64,000 bases of DNA from Chrysomallon squamiferum (Eukaryota; Animalia; Mollusca): NCBI GenBank assembly GCA_012295275.1, contig CM022665.1:26536001-26600000 (forward strand), in the 5' to 3' direction. Below the pieces are notes generated by a model. That model made no database searches, was not told the DNA's origin, and was given only the letters and a program-made list of their open reading frames with translations. This document shows, in pieces, positions 50,843 through 63,867 of the stretch. The translations under genes were made by a program, and so were the position numbers. Position 1 is the first letter of the stretch, and every line of letters starts with the position of its first letter.

Positions 50843-52808
50843 CATGTATGTATTTCACATTAAGTAACGATTCATTACAGGTGGTAGTAGTAGCAGTAGC
50901 TACAGCAGTTGTAGTCGTAGTCGTAGTTGTAGTAGTTACAGTAATGGTAGTAGTGGTAGTAATAGCAGCATTAATGATAATAACAGCAAGTATAATGATT
51001 TTAAAAATAATAAACAAACAAATGTACATTGATTTGTCTTAAAACAAGAAATCATTGTGTTATGTATATATGTATATTTTTTTAATCACGACAAACACTT
51101 CTTCAACTTACTCTCTTCAAATTTTCCAACAAATCGTACAAGGGTCACGTGTTCTCCGGTTGCAGGTCCAATGTTGCCTTCCCACTGGAACTGGGCGCCA
51201 GCAGGTACGTGCATTGGAATAAATGGACGAGACAGAGCAGTTTTGTTACATTGCTTTGTACGTAAGTTGACTCTGTACTCTACGCCCTGAAACATAAAAT
51301 CAACTGTTTCAGTTTACAAAGTGTGGAGGTTTCCACAGTCCAGTTGTGTGAATGGATGTCTAAGTGATGATGGTCGTGGTACAAACGAAGAGCTCACACC
51401 AGCATGCTGTAACCACTGAACACAGTTTCTGAGATAAGCGATATTAAAATATATAAACAAAATGTAAAGATTATACTGGCAAAGTCTGGTTCACGGACCT
51501 AGATAAATGTAAATGACATGGGTTAGTTAGACTGTTATATATTATCCAAACTCATTTCTTACTTCTTTTAGTTTGTTGGTACATCAGTTTAACTTAGGAC
51601 CTCGTTTGGATTTACATCTCATTACATCTCACACGACAAATTTGCAATTGAATACTTTATATTTTTTCCTGTCTGTGAAAAGATGCATGTAAAAGCTAAC
51701 ATTGCTGACAATCAAGACAGTATGACTTTATTTTTTATAATTAGCATTATAATACAGAAATATATGATTCTACTTAATAATCATTACTATTAAAAATACA
51801 GCCTTTGTTGCTATATACAGATTCCGTGATAATCAAGAACAGCTACGGAGAGGCAGACAAATTTCACATATACTTACTATGTTGTGTAGATAGTAAATGT
51901 CGTAGAAATCTCTTTCAGCACCTTCTAAGACTTCTCCAATTTCTCGAACACGCCTCTCCACCCCATCATAACTGAGATATGCAAAACGAAAATAGTGCTT
52001 CGATGGATCGACCTAAAATTCATCATTATTACGTACATTAAAAACCAACTTGTTATGTAGTATTTACGCGTATATAATTTGTATTTTGTTATGGTTATTA
52101 TTGTTATTATATTAGTAATCAGTACTGTTTTTGTTATTGCTATCTTTATTGTTCTTGTCATTATTATGTTATTGTGGTTGTTGTTTTAGTTATCATCATT
52201 ACTACTATTATTACTATTGCTATTGCTGATATTATTACTACAGGTACCGGATCAATTATCCGGACTTGTTGGCGCCTGAGGCATTCCGGATTTCTGGATT
52301 TTCCGGTTTTCTGGTACCAAGGCATCTAAATCGGTAAATAATTAGGCATAAACATTTTAAAATTAAAAACATAAAGAAAATTGACGATACACAACTGTGG
52401 CGATTCGACACGTAAACTATGCGGCGAGTGACTGAACGCCACGCGGCTTGAAAGAGAAGTTCCGGTCCGGTGAAGACAACACCCGCGCGCGCGAACTATG
52501 AAAATATCATCGGGAAAAAAACTTTCAGGACGCCGGATAATTGGTCCTGTACCTGTATTATTATTATTATTATTATTTATATTTATAATGCTTACTGCAT
52601 TAAAACAGTATATTTTAGTAAATCGTAGTGATATTAGATGAAATCTTCAGATTACGCCAATAATTAAAAAAAAAAAAACAATAAAAAAAAAAAAAGGTTT
52701 AATTAAGTCTATACACGCTATTAGACTGCATTACCATTACAACTCTGCCTTCGAACTGCATTGGACTTTCTGCAAGTAAAAATAAAAATACAACAGAATT
52801 ACTGAAAA

Positions 52809-52895
<87 letters not shown>

Positions 52896-53357
52896 AATGA
52901 ACGTGGATGATGCTATAAAAATAAAAACAATATATATATATATATATATATTGTTATTATTGTTATTATTTTAACATCACCCATGTTTAGTTGTGAAGGA
53001 CTTTACACAGTGTTAGTATTCTCAAACAATTACAAATAATATTTTCTTCATTTAAATTTGATTATTATTTATAACTAGTATATCCTATTTAACTGCACAC
53101 ATAATTAGAAATGATAAGACGAAAACAAATGATTTATGAAAGAAATGTCACTTATATGCACAATGTATCATCGTTAACCCTTAGCAACGAATCGTTAACA
53201 TCAAAAATCGTTCTACTGCCATAATTAAAGATCAAATCACAAATGCATGAAGCAATCTCTTATGATAATAATAAATCAAAATCTAACCGCATGGTTTTGG
53301 TTGCTGGCTTAGAACTGCAGAAACAGTTGCCAAAAAGAGAAGAACGACTTTCATCAT
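49697..53357 (-). CDS. EPDR: Ependymin-related protein, paralog B (6 exons, 190 aa)
   Basis: Exons 53357-53288, 52769-52735, 52012-51878, 51286-51112, 50701-50614, 49766-49697. MMKVVLLFLATVSAVLSQQPKPCESPMQFEGR...LSYDGVERRVRE...KQCNKTALSRPF...FYDLTLGIHDPSHFIPPPECPS*. Confidence 0.93.
52241..52555. mobile_element. Tc1/pogo-type MITE in EPDR-B intron 2
   Basis: TIRs CAGGTACCGGATCAATTATCCGG / CCGGATAATTGGTCCTGTACCTG, with TA on both flanks. Confidence 0.8.
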
Positions 53358-53439
53358 GGCGAACAGAATGATGGGAAAGAAATGGCTGCACTGACCTCCA
53401 TTTGCAATGACAGACATTAACAGACGACATGGACTAATT

Positions 53440-53447
53440 TCTTATCA
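53440..53447 (-). promoter_or_regulatory. GATA motif upstream of EPDR-B
   Basis: TGATAAGA in sense orientation about 82 nt before the ATG. Confidence 0.5.
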
Positions 53448-53591
53448 TTTTTCACATGCTGTTTTACTCTCACGTTTACGGTGGTCAATTTGAATGTACT
53501 TGTAAGTTCATCTTCGTGGTCTTTTTACGATAACCTTTGTGAAAAACACAGCGGGCATCGGTAACAGACGTGACTCACATCATACATTTTA

Positions 53592-53679
<88 letters not shown>

Positions 53680-54481
53680 GGATGATTAAATACATGTCTT
53701 TGTGTACAGTGATAAAATGCTAGTTGAATATTTGAGCCGATCCTTTCATGTTAGTTTTCTTTCAGTTGTGTCGGAGGGAGACTGGAATAAGGTTTTCATT
53801 AGTCTTCAGAGGAAAATCTACGGATAGTGGGGAGACTAAGTGAGTGGCGACCCCTCTGCCCTGCAACTGTTTTTATTCATAATAAACCTTTTATTATTTA
53901 AATGACGTTATTACGTTTTGATTTCAAAACAGTACACAAATAGGTATGTGTGTATATTGTATGAGCAACTATTTTAATGTAACACCCATAGTGTCGGTGA
54001 GCCGAGATGGACGGACGCCGTATTTTGATACATCAGTTGTAAAGCACTTGTTGGAATGACAGTTAGTAAAAAGACATCATTTTTCAATGAATAAAATATA
54101 TGAAGACAAGAAAAATCTGGAACAGGGATTACAATTATGATTTTGTTCCTATATTTGTAGTGTCATTGCTTCAGAAATATTAACATGTTATTCGTATGTT
54201 CTTATATTAATGTACTTGTATGCTTTTTTTTGGATAGCATCGTGTCTAAAACGTTGATTAATCAAACCCAGATAATATATTGAAATACAATCTAAATATG
54301 CACATAGTCGATTTAATAGTCATATGCATATTTGCACATACAAACATATACATATGCATGCATGCATGCGTACGTGCATACATTCATACATGCATCCATA
54401 ATGTAACATATTACATAGACACGTACGTATGTACATACATACATACATTGATAAATACACACATACATACATAGATACATA

Positions 54482-54514
<33 letters not shown>

Positions 54515-54676
54515 CATATATACACACATACATATATACACACATACATACATGCACACATATACACCAACATTTAAAAAAACAGACAATTTTGTTTAAA
54601 TTTTGTTTTATTGTTATACAGAAATAAAAGACATTAATAATTTGTCGTAGCTGTGAAAAATTCTGATTTAAAGTTT

Positions 54677-56270
54677 TCAAGGTGGACAACCTTCTGGTGG
54701 AATGAAAGCTTCGGGGTCCGAAATTCCCAGAGAAACATCGTACATTCTGAAAAAAAGAAAAAGAAAAGAGGAATGATCAAACAGGTTTTTCCATATTTAC
54801 AAAGACAAATCTACAAAATATATGCTGTTTATCATACAGTGCTAACAGTCCATAATATTTTACGTAATAAGATCTTATTTAGGAACATTATTCAGTACAT
54901 ATTATTAGTAAAAAACTTATTAAGATTTATTCACGTATCTATCGTTCCCCTTTTTTCTGCCTCTCTGTGTGTGTCTTCTCAGTGTCTATCTCTTTTGCTG
55001 TATATCAATCCATTCATCCATCCATCCATCCATCTATCCATCTATCTATCTATCTATCTATCTCACTTTCTCCCTGTCTCTCTTGTTCTCTCTTTGTGTC
55101 ATTTCGAAATTCGGAGAGAGCAAATGAGATAAATACATTTTTCTTTCTGCTTCTTTCTTTATTTTATCTCTGCATCGATCCTACCCAGCCTCTTTCTCTG
55201 TCCCTCATTTTGATGTCATCAAACATACTTACGCTCTGTGATCCGAGTGTCCTGTCTTTCTGTTAAGGAAATTGAACGACACGGGATAACAGTCCTCTCC
55301 TGTGGTTATAGCATAGACCAGATCTGAATAACGTTAACAAAACAATTACAAATACTAACACACAAATACATTATTAAACATGAAGAGTTAATTTTAAAAA
55401 TGCAATCATATTTTTAATAAACTAATTCGTCCAGTCATGAAAGCCTTGATGAAAATACAAGCATAACCGTCTCGTATAAAATAGATGCTTGATTTATTTT
55501 ATTTTATTTTATTTTATTTTATTTTATATAATTAGTGTGATTCATTCGTTCATTCATTTATCGTTATTATTATTATTATTATTATTACATTCATCTTTAA
55601 TTTTCCAGTCAAAAACGTTGACTGTCACGTGCTCCATTCCAACATTGCTGACACCTACGACGCTGGTACCACGGAAGTTGGCTTCAGGAGGGACTGCGTA
55701 CGGTTGGAATGGCCACGTGATCTTCGTCTTGTTACAGACTTTAGTGCGTAGGTTTACAGTGTATTGAAACCCCTGTAGAAATAGATCAGTTCAAAAATTT
55801 CAAAAAAGGACATTAACGTTATTATAAGTATTTGACAGATAATAACAATAATAATAATAATAATAATAAAAAGCCTCGAAATAATTGGACTTATTGCGTT
55901 AAATTGTTTGAGATTGACACCAGTTCAGAACAGTTTTTGTTAAAGTTCTTTAATGTTTAAATTAAAAGGATTTTTCGTTCATTGTCTTAACTTTTATTTT
56001 TGCCATTATGACCTCTTGGTCTGAAACATTTAGCCTCGATGTCCTTAGCTTTGACCTTAATTCTTTTCAAAATTGAAACTATTCAAGGCCATTTTGGTCT
56101 TGTCCTTTTAGTACCTTATTTCGAAATAAAATGATCCAGATCATGATTACAAGCATAAAATAGAAAATACTTTGTTAAATGAACGTTATAGTTAAAATAA
56201 AACATAAATTAAATCCCAGACATTAAATGAATGTTTTACACTGAACAGAGTTTGTGTCGTGGTTTATGAA

Positions 56271-56366
<96 letters not shown>

Positions 56367-56906
56367 CTTACCTCATTGTATAAATATAGTTTGGTGTAAA
56401 ACTGTTGTTTACTTCCCATCTGGATAAACTCAAAGTCACGATATCTTCTATTAATGTCATCGTAGGCAAACTTTCCGAATATTGCCAACTTTCTCTCCCG
56501 GTCAAACTATAACAGCATGATAGCGATTTATTATTTGACTGAGTTTTAACTTCTTTTTTTTATCTGAAACTACATACCTCGCTATGAAAATCAGTATATT
56601 TTCAAATGGTTTTAGCCAAATGATGTTTAACAAACAATAATAATATTTTAAATAATAATATTAAAAAATAATAATACATCGAATACACTTACGTAGCTAA
56701 GTCTTCCTTCGAACTGCTTTGGACTCTCTGAGTAAAAAAAAAAAAAAAATATATAGATACAATAATATATTTTTTTTAAATAAAAAAAATAAAAATATAT
56801 CCATAAAGAACATTATACAGATACGTTTAAAAATAAACTTACCACACGGATGAGGGCGTTGTGCGGTCACAAAAACAACAGAAACAGCTAAAATTAAAAG
56901 TATCAT
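54677..56906 (-). CDS. EPDR: Ependymin-related protein, paralog C (6 exons, 192 aa)
   Basis: Exons 56906-56843, 56727-56693, 56506-56372, 55772-55589, 55323-55233, 54746-54677. MILLILAVSVVFVTAQRPHPCESPKQFEGR...AYDDINRRYR...KVCNKTKITWPF...MYDVSLGISDPEAFIPPEGCPP*. Confidence 0.93.
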
Positions 56907-56991
56907 ATTTGATGTTCCCTCCTTCAGATGTTTGTACTTTTCTTATTGCCACTCGCTAATTGTAAAATAGGTCGTATAACAATAACCCAAC

Positions 56992-57015
56992 TCTTATCAC
57001 TGTCAATTCTTATCA
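56992..57015 (-). promoter_or_regulatory. Tandem GATA motifs upstream of EPDR-C
   Basis: Two TGATAAGA copies (56992-56999, 57008-57015) about 85-100 nt before the ATG. Confidence 0.55.
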
Positions 57016-57167
57016 GTTATTTAAGTAAAATATAAAAAGTAGAAATATATTTAGTACTACAGCCAGTTCATGTGGCTTTTCCAAACATGTAGGCCTAGAC
57101 AAAATATCTGATTAAGGATCGTGTTTGTTTTTATTATATACATTATCGTAATTATTATCATATCTTG

Positions 57168-57221
<54 letters not shown>

Positions 57222-57892
57222 TTAATTATTATTATATATATATTTTTTTATTATTATTATTATATTTTTTGAGAGTTTTGCTTATTTAGTGATCTATTAA
57301 CTTTTGTCTGACTACCCTCTTTTTAAGCGTAATTTAATTTATTTTGTTATTGCGATTGCTTGTGTCTGTTTGCTATGGAATATTAACTGAGGTTTTTATG
57401 GATATACATACAGATAAATTCTTGTACATATACATACGCACACATACGTACACGCACGTATGTGCAATCTGTGTTGCTGAGTTACGGTTTCATTTCCATT
57501 ATTAATGAGGTCATTTTTGCAGAGATAAGAACACTGGTGTAAAACTCATCTGGTCTTTTTCCCAAGCTGTTTTAATAAAGGTCACATTTCACATATTCAC
57601 TAAAGGGATAAATAAAGTAAGGGCAAGGCCGAAAGACTGATGGAAACAGTAATAAACGAATATTACCATTACAAGTTCTACTCAGTGTTATTTTGAAAAA
57701 TTAAAAATTGTGCATAGAGGAGAATGCTTTGTATGATTATAATATATAGATATATATCAATTTGTCAAGAGCATCTAGATCAACACAGTTTATAATTAAT
57801 ATATATTGTATTAATATATTAATATATTTAATGCCATCTCCGCCATTATTACTATTTCGACTATTCATTTATTTTATATACGAATAATAATG

Positions 57893-57943
<51 letters not shown>

Positions 57944-58230
57944 TTGGTTATAGGAAGGCAGGAAGGACGGCAATTTATTTATTTATTTTTATTATTAGTT
58001 TATTAAATTAGATTAATTACGCTTAATTATAAATTCAAATAAATATATATAAATATTTACTTTGGTTAGGAAAGAAGGAAAAAATAATAATAACAACGGA
58101 AAATAACTTAAGTTTTGTTGTTTTTGTGTGTGTGTGTGTGTGTGTATGTTTTATTTAATTACTTTAATGGAAAAAATGACAAAAATAACGAATAACATAA
58201 ACATTTTTATTAAGTAATGACACAAGCTGA

Positions 58231-59643
58231 TTATGCCGAGATACACTCTTTTGGTGGGATAAATGCATCCGGGTCTCTCAGACCCAGTGTGACGTCATAC
58301 AAACTGAAAAATTAAAGAAAACTGCATATGAACCGGTTTACGTTAAATATAAAATTGTATTGGTTATGTTATTAATAAATTGTACCAAACATTTAGGGTA
58401 TACTAAGGTTACACAGCAAGGGACAGATACTACTAAAACACAAAAGCTATAGGATTACATTAATCGAATTTACGTCAATGGATTTTAAAAAATAATTCTG
58501 AAACTTCAAATACAGGTTAAATTATATGCTGCTTTTATTATTATTATTATTATTATTTAGATTACTTACTTTTTAATTACTCGACCAGTTTGTGGACTGT
58601 CAAAGGTTACATGGATTGGTAAACAGGCTTGGGCTGATACAACAATCATATACATGTCTGTGAAAATAAAATAAACGAATGTTTGAGTGCTTAAAAACAT
58701 ATCAACATATTTTAACATTAGCTACTGTTAGGTGCCAGCAACCCCAGATTTTTTTGTAGTTGTTTCTGATGGTAATGAAATAGTGCCTCCATTCATGGAT
58801 TATTCCATTCAGAACAAAGATAATTGGTTATTAGTTAGAAGAGATATTTTCCAAGCGGGAAAGATATCTAAGAATATTTCACACTACACTCTTCTCAGCA
58901 TTTTATGTTGTTTATTTTGTAATATATTTTGTACTATATATTCATTTACCCTGATTTATATTTCATTTTTTCTTCTTTTTTATTTAAATTCTAAACGTCT
59001 GTGGCCAGTATAAATAATGTAAATATTTGTTTTATGTTTCCAGATTTCTGAAAATTAAATAGTATTAATAGCCGGTCTTTATTAATAACAAAATATGAAC
59101 AATAAAATAAATATAAAGTTAATGAGGATGTAAGTGTGCTGCAAAACTCCATCTCAAAACAACCCAAATCCTAAACGTTGTCTTTCACCGAGTTTGTAAT
59201 ATGTCATCACAAACTTACTGCCTTCCTTAGTTTTGCCGTCAAACATATGTACGGAAATATGTTCGTTTGGCCTTCCGCTGGCACCAAGAGTAGCGCTTCT
59301 CAAATAGCGAGCATCCTTAGGAACAGCATACGGTATGAACGGTCGGGTCAAGGTCGTCACATTGCACTTCCGGGTCTTTATGTTTAAAACATACTCAAGG
59401 TTCTAAGAAGAAAAGCAATGAGATTGAAAAGTAATTTTTTTTTTTTTTTTAACGTATTTGATATTATTCACTAGTGTGTTATTTGTAACGTTCAAGATGA
59501 GATTTATTATAAAGAAATAAAAATGGTTTATTATTATTATTGTTGTGGTGGTGGTGGTTGTTCTTATTATTATTGCTATTGTGTTGTTACTGGTGCTGCT
59601 GCTTTTATATTATATGTATTTAACTTTTATATCTATCTATCTG

Positions 59644-59699
<56 letters not shown>

Positions 59700-61156
59700 C
59701 CTATCTGTATAAAGTCTGCCCTTACCAGCTTGTGCAAGTAGAGCCTGTCGAAATAATCTCGTGTTCCTTTAAAACTGACTTCCTCAATTTCTCGATATCG
59801 TCTGTCTGTGTCATCATAGAACATCCGTCCTGTCACAAATATACGTTTTTCTTCGTCCAGCTGGAAATAATACCATTTATTTCTCCGTCTAGGATATTTC
59901 ATTCATTCATTTTTATTTCAAAGAAAATCTTTCCTTTTTTTTTATCATTAAATTTTTGTTGTGAATTTTTAAAACAACTGTATAAAACAATTATTAATAT
60001 AGCTTTATTATTATTTATTTTTTATAAGCAGTATTAAAATATTTATAAACTATTTTACTTACGATGTCATAACGACCTTCAAACTGTTTGGGACTCTCTG
60101 AAAAACAAACCGATTTATAATTAATAAAACTCATTTTAAACAATCAGCAAACAAACAAACAATGAATAAATAAATAAAAAAGTAAAGTTTATTATATAAC
60201 ATTGTACAGAATTCTGCAATACTAGCTTTATATATATATATATATATATAAGTAAATAAGAGCGGATCTGATTGTGTTTGTTTATTAACTAAAAGTCGAA
60301 TTTGTTACATACCATCGTACAGAATTCTGTAATACTAGCATTATACTCGTTATACCATGCATTACCAGCAAATGAAACAAACACGTTACCACAAAACGCT
60401 TTGAAGCTATGCACAGGATCGGAATTTTTAATATATGAGGCATTTCAGAGGATTTTAAATATCTCTATGCAAAGTATTTAATTAATCTGTTGTACACTGT
60501 ACATCCATTATGTCGCCCTAATTCGCCCGTCTTCATAAAATTAGCCGATTTGAAAGTATGTAAAACATAACAGTGTCTCGAGAGACTTAGTACCATTCTT
60601 GGACTGGCGCGTTATATAAGGCTTTGTAAAATACTATTTTATTATTTGCTTTGCTGTTTATCGGGTAGTTTTTACTAATATTATTTTACCATTTGTTCAG
60701 AATTATATTTACAAAGTAATTTGTACAGTCTGCTGATTCAGAATTAAATGTTGTTAAAACATTAAAGTAATATTTACTGTTTCTGTACAGTTAACTGGTA
60801 TTAATACAGTAAAGTAATATTTGCTATGTTCAGAATTAACTGTTATTTATACAGTAATTTAAAAAAAAAAATTGTTATTAATGGACTAAAGTCGTGTTTA
60901 CTATGTTAAAAATTAATTGTTATTTATACAGAAAAAAATTATAGTTTACTGTATTCTCAATTAAATGTTATTAATACAGTAAAATAATGTTAACCCTGTT
61001 TTGAGAATGGTCTGCTTTTTTATACAGTAAAGTAATATTTACAGTGTGTTCAGAATTAACCGTTATTAAAAGAGAAAAGTAATATTTACCACAGGGGTGA
61101 GGTCTTTGCCCAAAACTCACACAGACGAGAGAAGAGAGAACGAGAAAGAGAAACAT
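58231..61156 (-). CDS. EPDR: Ependymin-related protein, paralog D (6 exons, 193 aa)
   Basis: Exons 61156-61090, 60097-60063, 59860-59726, 59402-59219, 58657-58570, 58303-58231. MFLFLVLSSLVCVSFGQRPHPCESPKQFEGR...FYDDTDRRYRE...RKCNVTTLTRPF...LYDVTLGLRDPDAFIPPKECISA*. Confidence 0.93.
60695..61089. repeat. Degenerate ~47-bp minisatellite abutting the EPDR-D exon 1 donor
   Basis: Recurrent CAGTAAAGTAATATTTAC...TTCAGAATTAACTGTTATTAATA units near 60760, 60807, 60930, 60977, 61025 and 61072. Confidence 0.75.
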
Positions 61157-61196
61157 GGTGAAATCTGCTACAGCTGATACTGATAACTGCTGAGAA

Positions 61197-61223
61197 CTTT
61201 TATAAACTCGGCTAGAACACGTG
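61197..61223 (-). promoter_or_regulatory. TATA box and E-box of the EPDR-D promoter
   Basis: TATAAAAG (61204-61197) lies about 40 nt upstream of the ATG, with TCAG initiator-like motifs 23-29 nt downstream. CACGTG is at 61218-61223. Confidence 0.6.
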
Positions 61224-62216
61224 GCTAAAACTCAGACTGATATATAAAAATACATGTGTATAGGTTTACATTACAGAAGTATTTTAAATAATGTATATTA
61301 TCTTTATACCGAAGTATATCAGTTAAGATACACTGATTATTTTCCGAGCCTCTGTCTCTCTCTCTCTCTCTCTCTTGGCTTCACTATGGTTTACGTTACT
61401 TTATTTCTTTTTATGATAATAATAATTATTATTATTTTATTATTATTATTATTAGATTTAGTAGTAATATTAATAGCAACATTAATAGTAAAAACATTTA
61501 CAATGCGGTCGTTGTAATAGTAATGGTAGTTAACAGTAGTAGAAGCAGCAGCAGTAGTAGTCATAGCAACAGCAGTATATAAAAACGAAGAAGAACAACA
61601 AAAATATTAAGAATAAATAAATAAACAAATGTTTTGATTTTTTATTCTGATACGGCAAAAATAGATGAATGGTGAATAAAATTATTTTGCGGTAAATGAA
61701 ACTAGATGGAATAATGACTATACCTACTTTTATTTTTTTTCTTTAAAAAGTTATATGATAACGTGTCTAACAGTAAAAATTCTAAATTATGAAGCAACTG
61801 ATTCATTAACTTAAGGCATATTTTATGTAAAGTAGAAAAATCGAAAAATATTTCTGTGTTCATTTTCTTTTTCACCTGTTAAACATCTTTTTTTAGGACG
61901 TTCAGAAACATGAATTAAATAAACATTTAATAAATAGGTTAATTTACAGTTTCTGAGGATGAAACAAAAATAATAATATAAATATACATACACATACATA
62001 CGCGCATCTATCAATCCGTATATATATATATATATAATCATACACACACAGACACACAAGGGAAAGTACAACGAAAACTACCAAAAACACAAAGAAAATC
62101 AATCGCGGGTGAGATAAATTTTGTGATAAAAACGCGAGGGTGAATGACACTGAAATATCTTAATAAGCACTGATCTAAATGACATATCTTGCTGTAAATC
62201 TCAATCACGAACTTCC

Positions 62217-62249
62217 AGGTCATTTGAGGTCACGTATGTTTTGATAAGA
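62217..62249 (+). promoter_or_regulatory. DR4 nuclear-receptor element and GATA site upstream of EPDR-E
   Basis: AGGTCA-tttg-AGGTCA at 62217-62232 and TGATAAGA at 62242-62249; the ATG is at 62303. Confidence 0.55.
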
Positions 62250-62302
62250 AGAAAAGGTAACTGTCATTTTCACAATCAGTTTGAAGTATCGAGAGAGCCA
62301 TC

Positions 62303-62586
62303 ATGATTTCTTTGTGTCTTGTACTTGTTTTTCTAACCGCTGCTCTGGGCCAAAAACCAAAGCCGTGCGGTAAGCGTATCGTTTATTAATTAATAAAATG
62401 AATTCCAGTCTGGGTATTATAACACCGGAATTAATGGTTGATGATGCCATAATTGCAAACTTTTTTCTTTTTTTAAATAATTATTTATTTATTTTATTTT
62501 GCTTTGAAAATGAAAATTAAAGAAGATTGACGTAAGTTTATGATTGTTATCAGCAGAAAAGTGTTTATAGATACAATTATTTCATA

Positions 62587-62659
<73 letters not shown>

Positions 62660-63247
62660 CATAAATCCAAAATGTTAATGCTATCTCAATTTTACTCTTT
62701 CAGAAAGTCCAAGAGAATTTGAAGCAAGGTTCTCAAGGGCAAGTTTTTATATTCTTTTTCTTCTGTTCTTTTCTTTTTTCTTCCTATTACTTTTGCTGAT
62801 ATTATTATTTTTTTTTTTTTTATTATTGCTGTTACTTCTGCCCACAACTATTACTACTACAATTACTACTACTCCTACTGTTATTATGATAACTATTGTT
62901 ATTAGTGGGATGATGAACGGAAGATGTTCCAGGAGGCCACCATATCTTATGATGAAAACATGAAGAGAGTGCGAGAACGAGAAGAACTGGTGGTTGGCTC
63001 AAAGTCAAACTTCTATGACATCCTGACCCTTCATAAAGAGGTATTTCGAACAATGAAAATTATTTATTTATTTATTTATTTATTTACTGTTTTTTTTGTT
63101 TGTTGTTTGGTTATTTTTATTATATCTTTTAAAGCAAATATTTGTTTTAAATAGAAAATGCATACAAAAACTGTGTTTATATTAATTTAACTGTTTTTTT
63201 CTTCTTTCTTTTCTTTTTTTTTCTTCTTCTTCTTCTTCTTCTTCTTC

Positions 63248-63278
<31 letters not shown>

Positions 63279-63560
63279 GTCAAAATATAAAATGCCACTG
63301 AATATATTTATTTTGTAATTAATATATTTAACTTCTTCTTCTTCTTCTTCTTCTTCTTATTATTATTATTATTATTAAGAACATAGAATACAGATACGAT
63401 CTAAAAACTAAGAAATGTAACGTGACGAAACCAAGGCGTCATTTTATTCCATTTGGAATTCCTCATGGAAGTGAGTATAAGGGCTCCTACGTTGTTGGAA
63501 TGGTAGGCAATCCCAACGAAGAGGTCACGGCGGTATCTTTCGAGGGAATATACCACGGCA
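62303..63560 (+). CDS. EPDR: Ependymin-related protein, paralog E (exons 1-4; 3' exons beyond the window)
   Basis: Exons 62303-62369, 62704-62738 (GC donor), 62906-63040, 63380-63560. MISLCLVLVFLTAALGQKPKPCESPREFEAR...ISYDENMKRVRE...KKCNVTKPRRHFIPF. Exon sizes (67/35/135/181) equal those of paralog A. Confidence 0.9.
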
Positions 63561-63702
63561 GTGAGTACCTGAATGAAGTATATTAATATAAGTTATATTT
63601 TTATTAGCAGTATCAACAAATATTAAAGTTGGGAACTTTAAATAATGTATACCTTCATCATTTCATCACCGACAGTTATAGGAGAAATTTATTATTTTAT
63701 TA

Positions 63703-63754
<52 letters not shown>

Positions 63755-63816
63755 TAACTAGTGGTGCTGCTTTATTGTTTTCCTTTGTTTTTAATAATAA
63801 TAATTATTATTATAAC

Positions 63817-63867
<51 letters not shown>

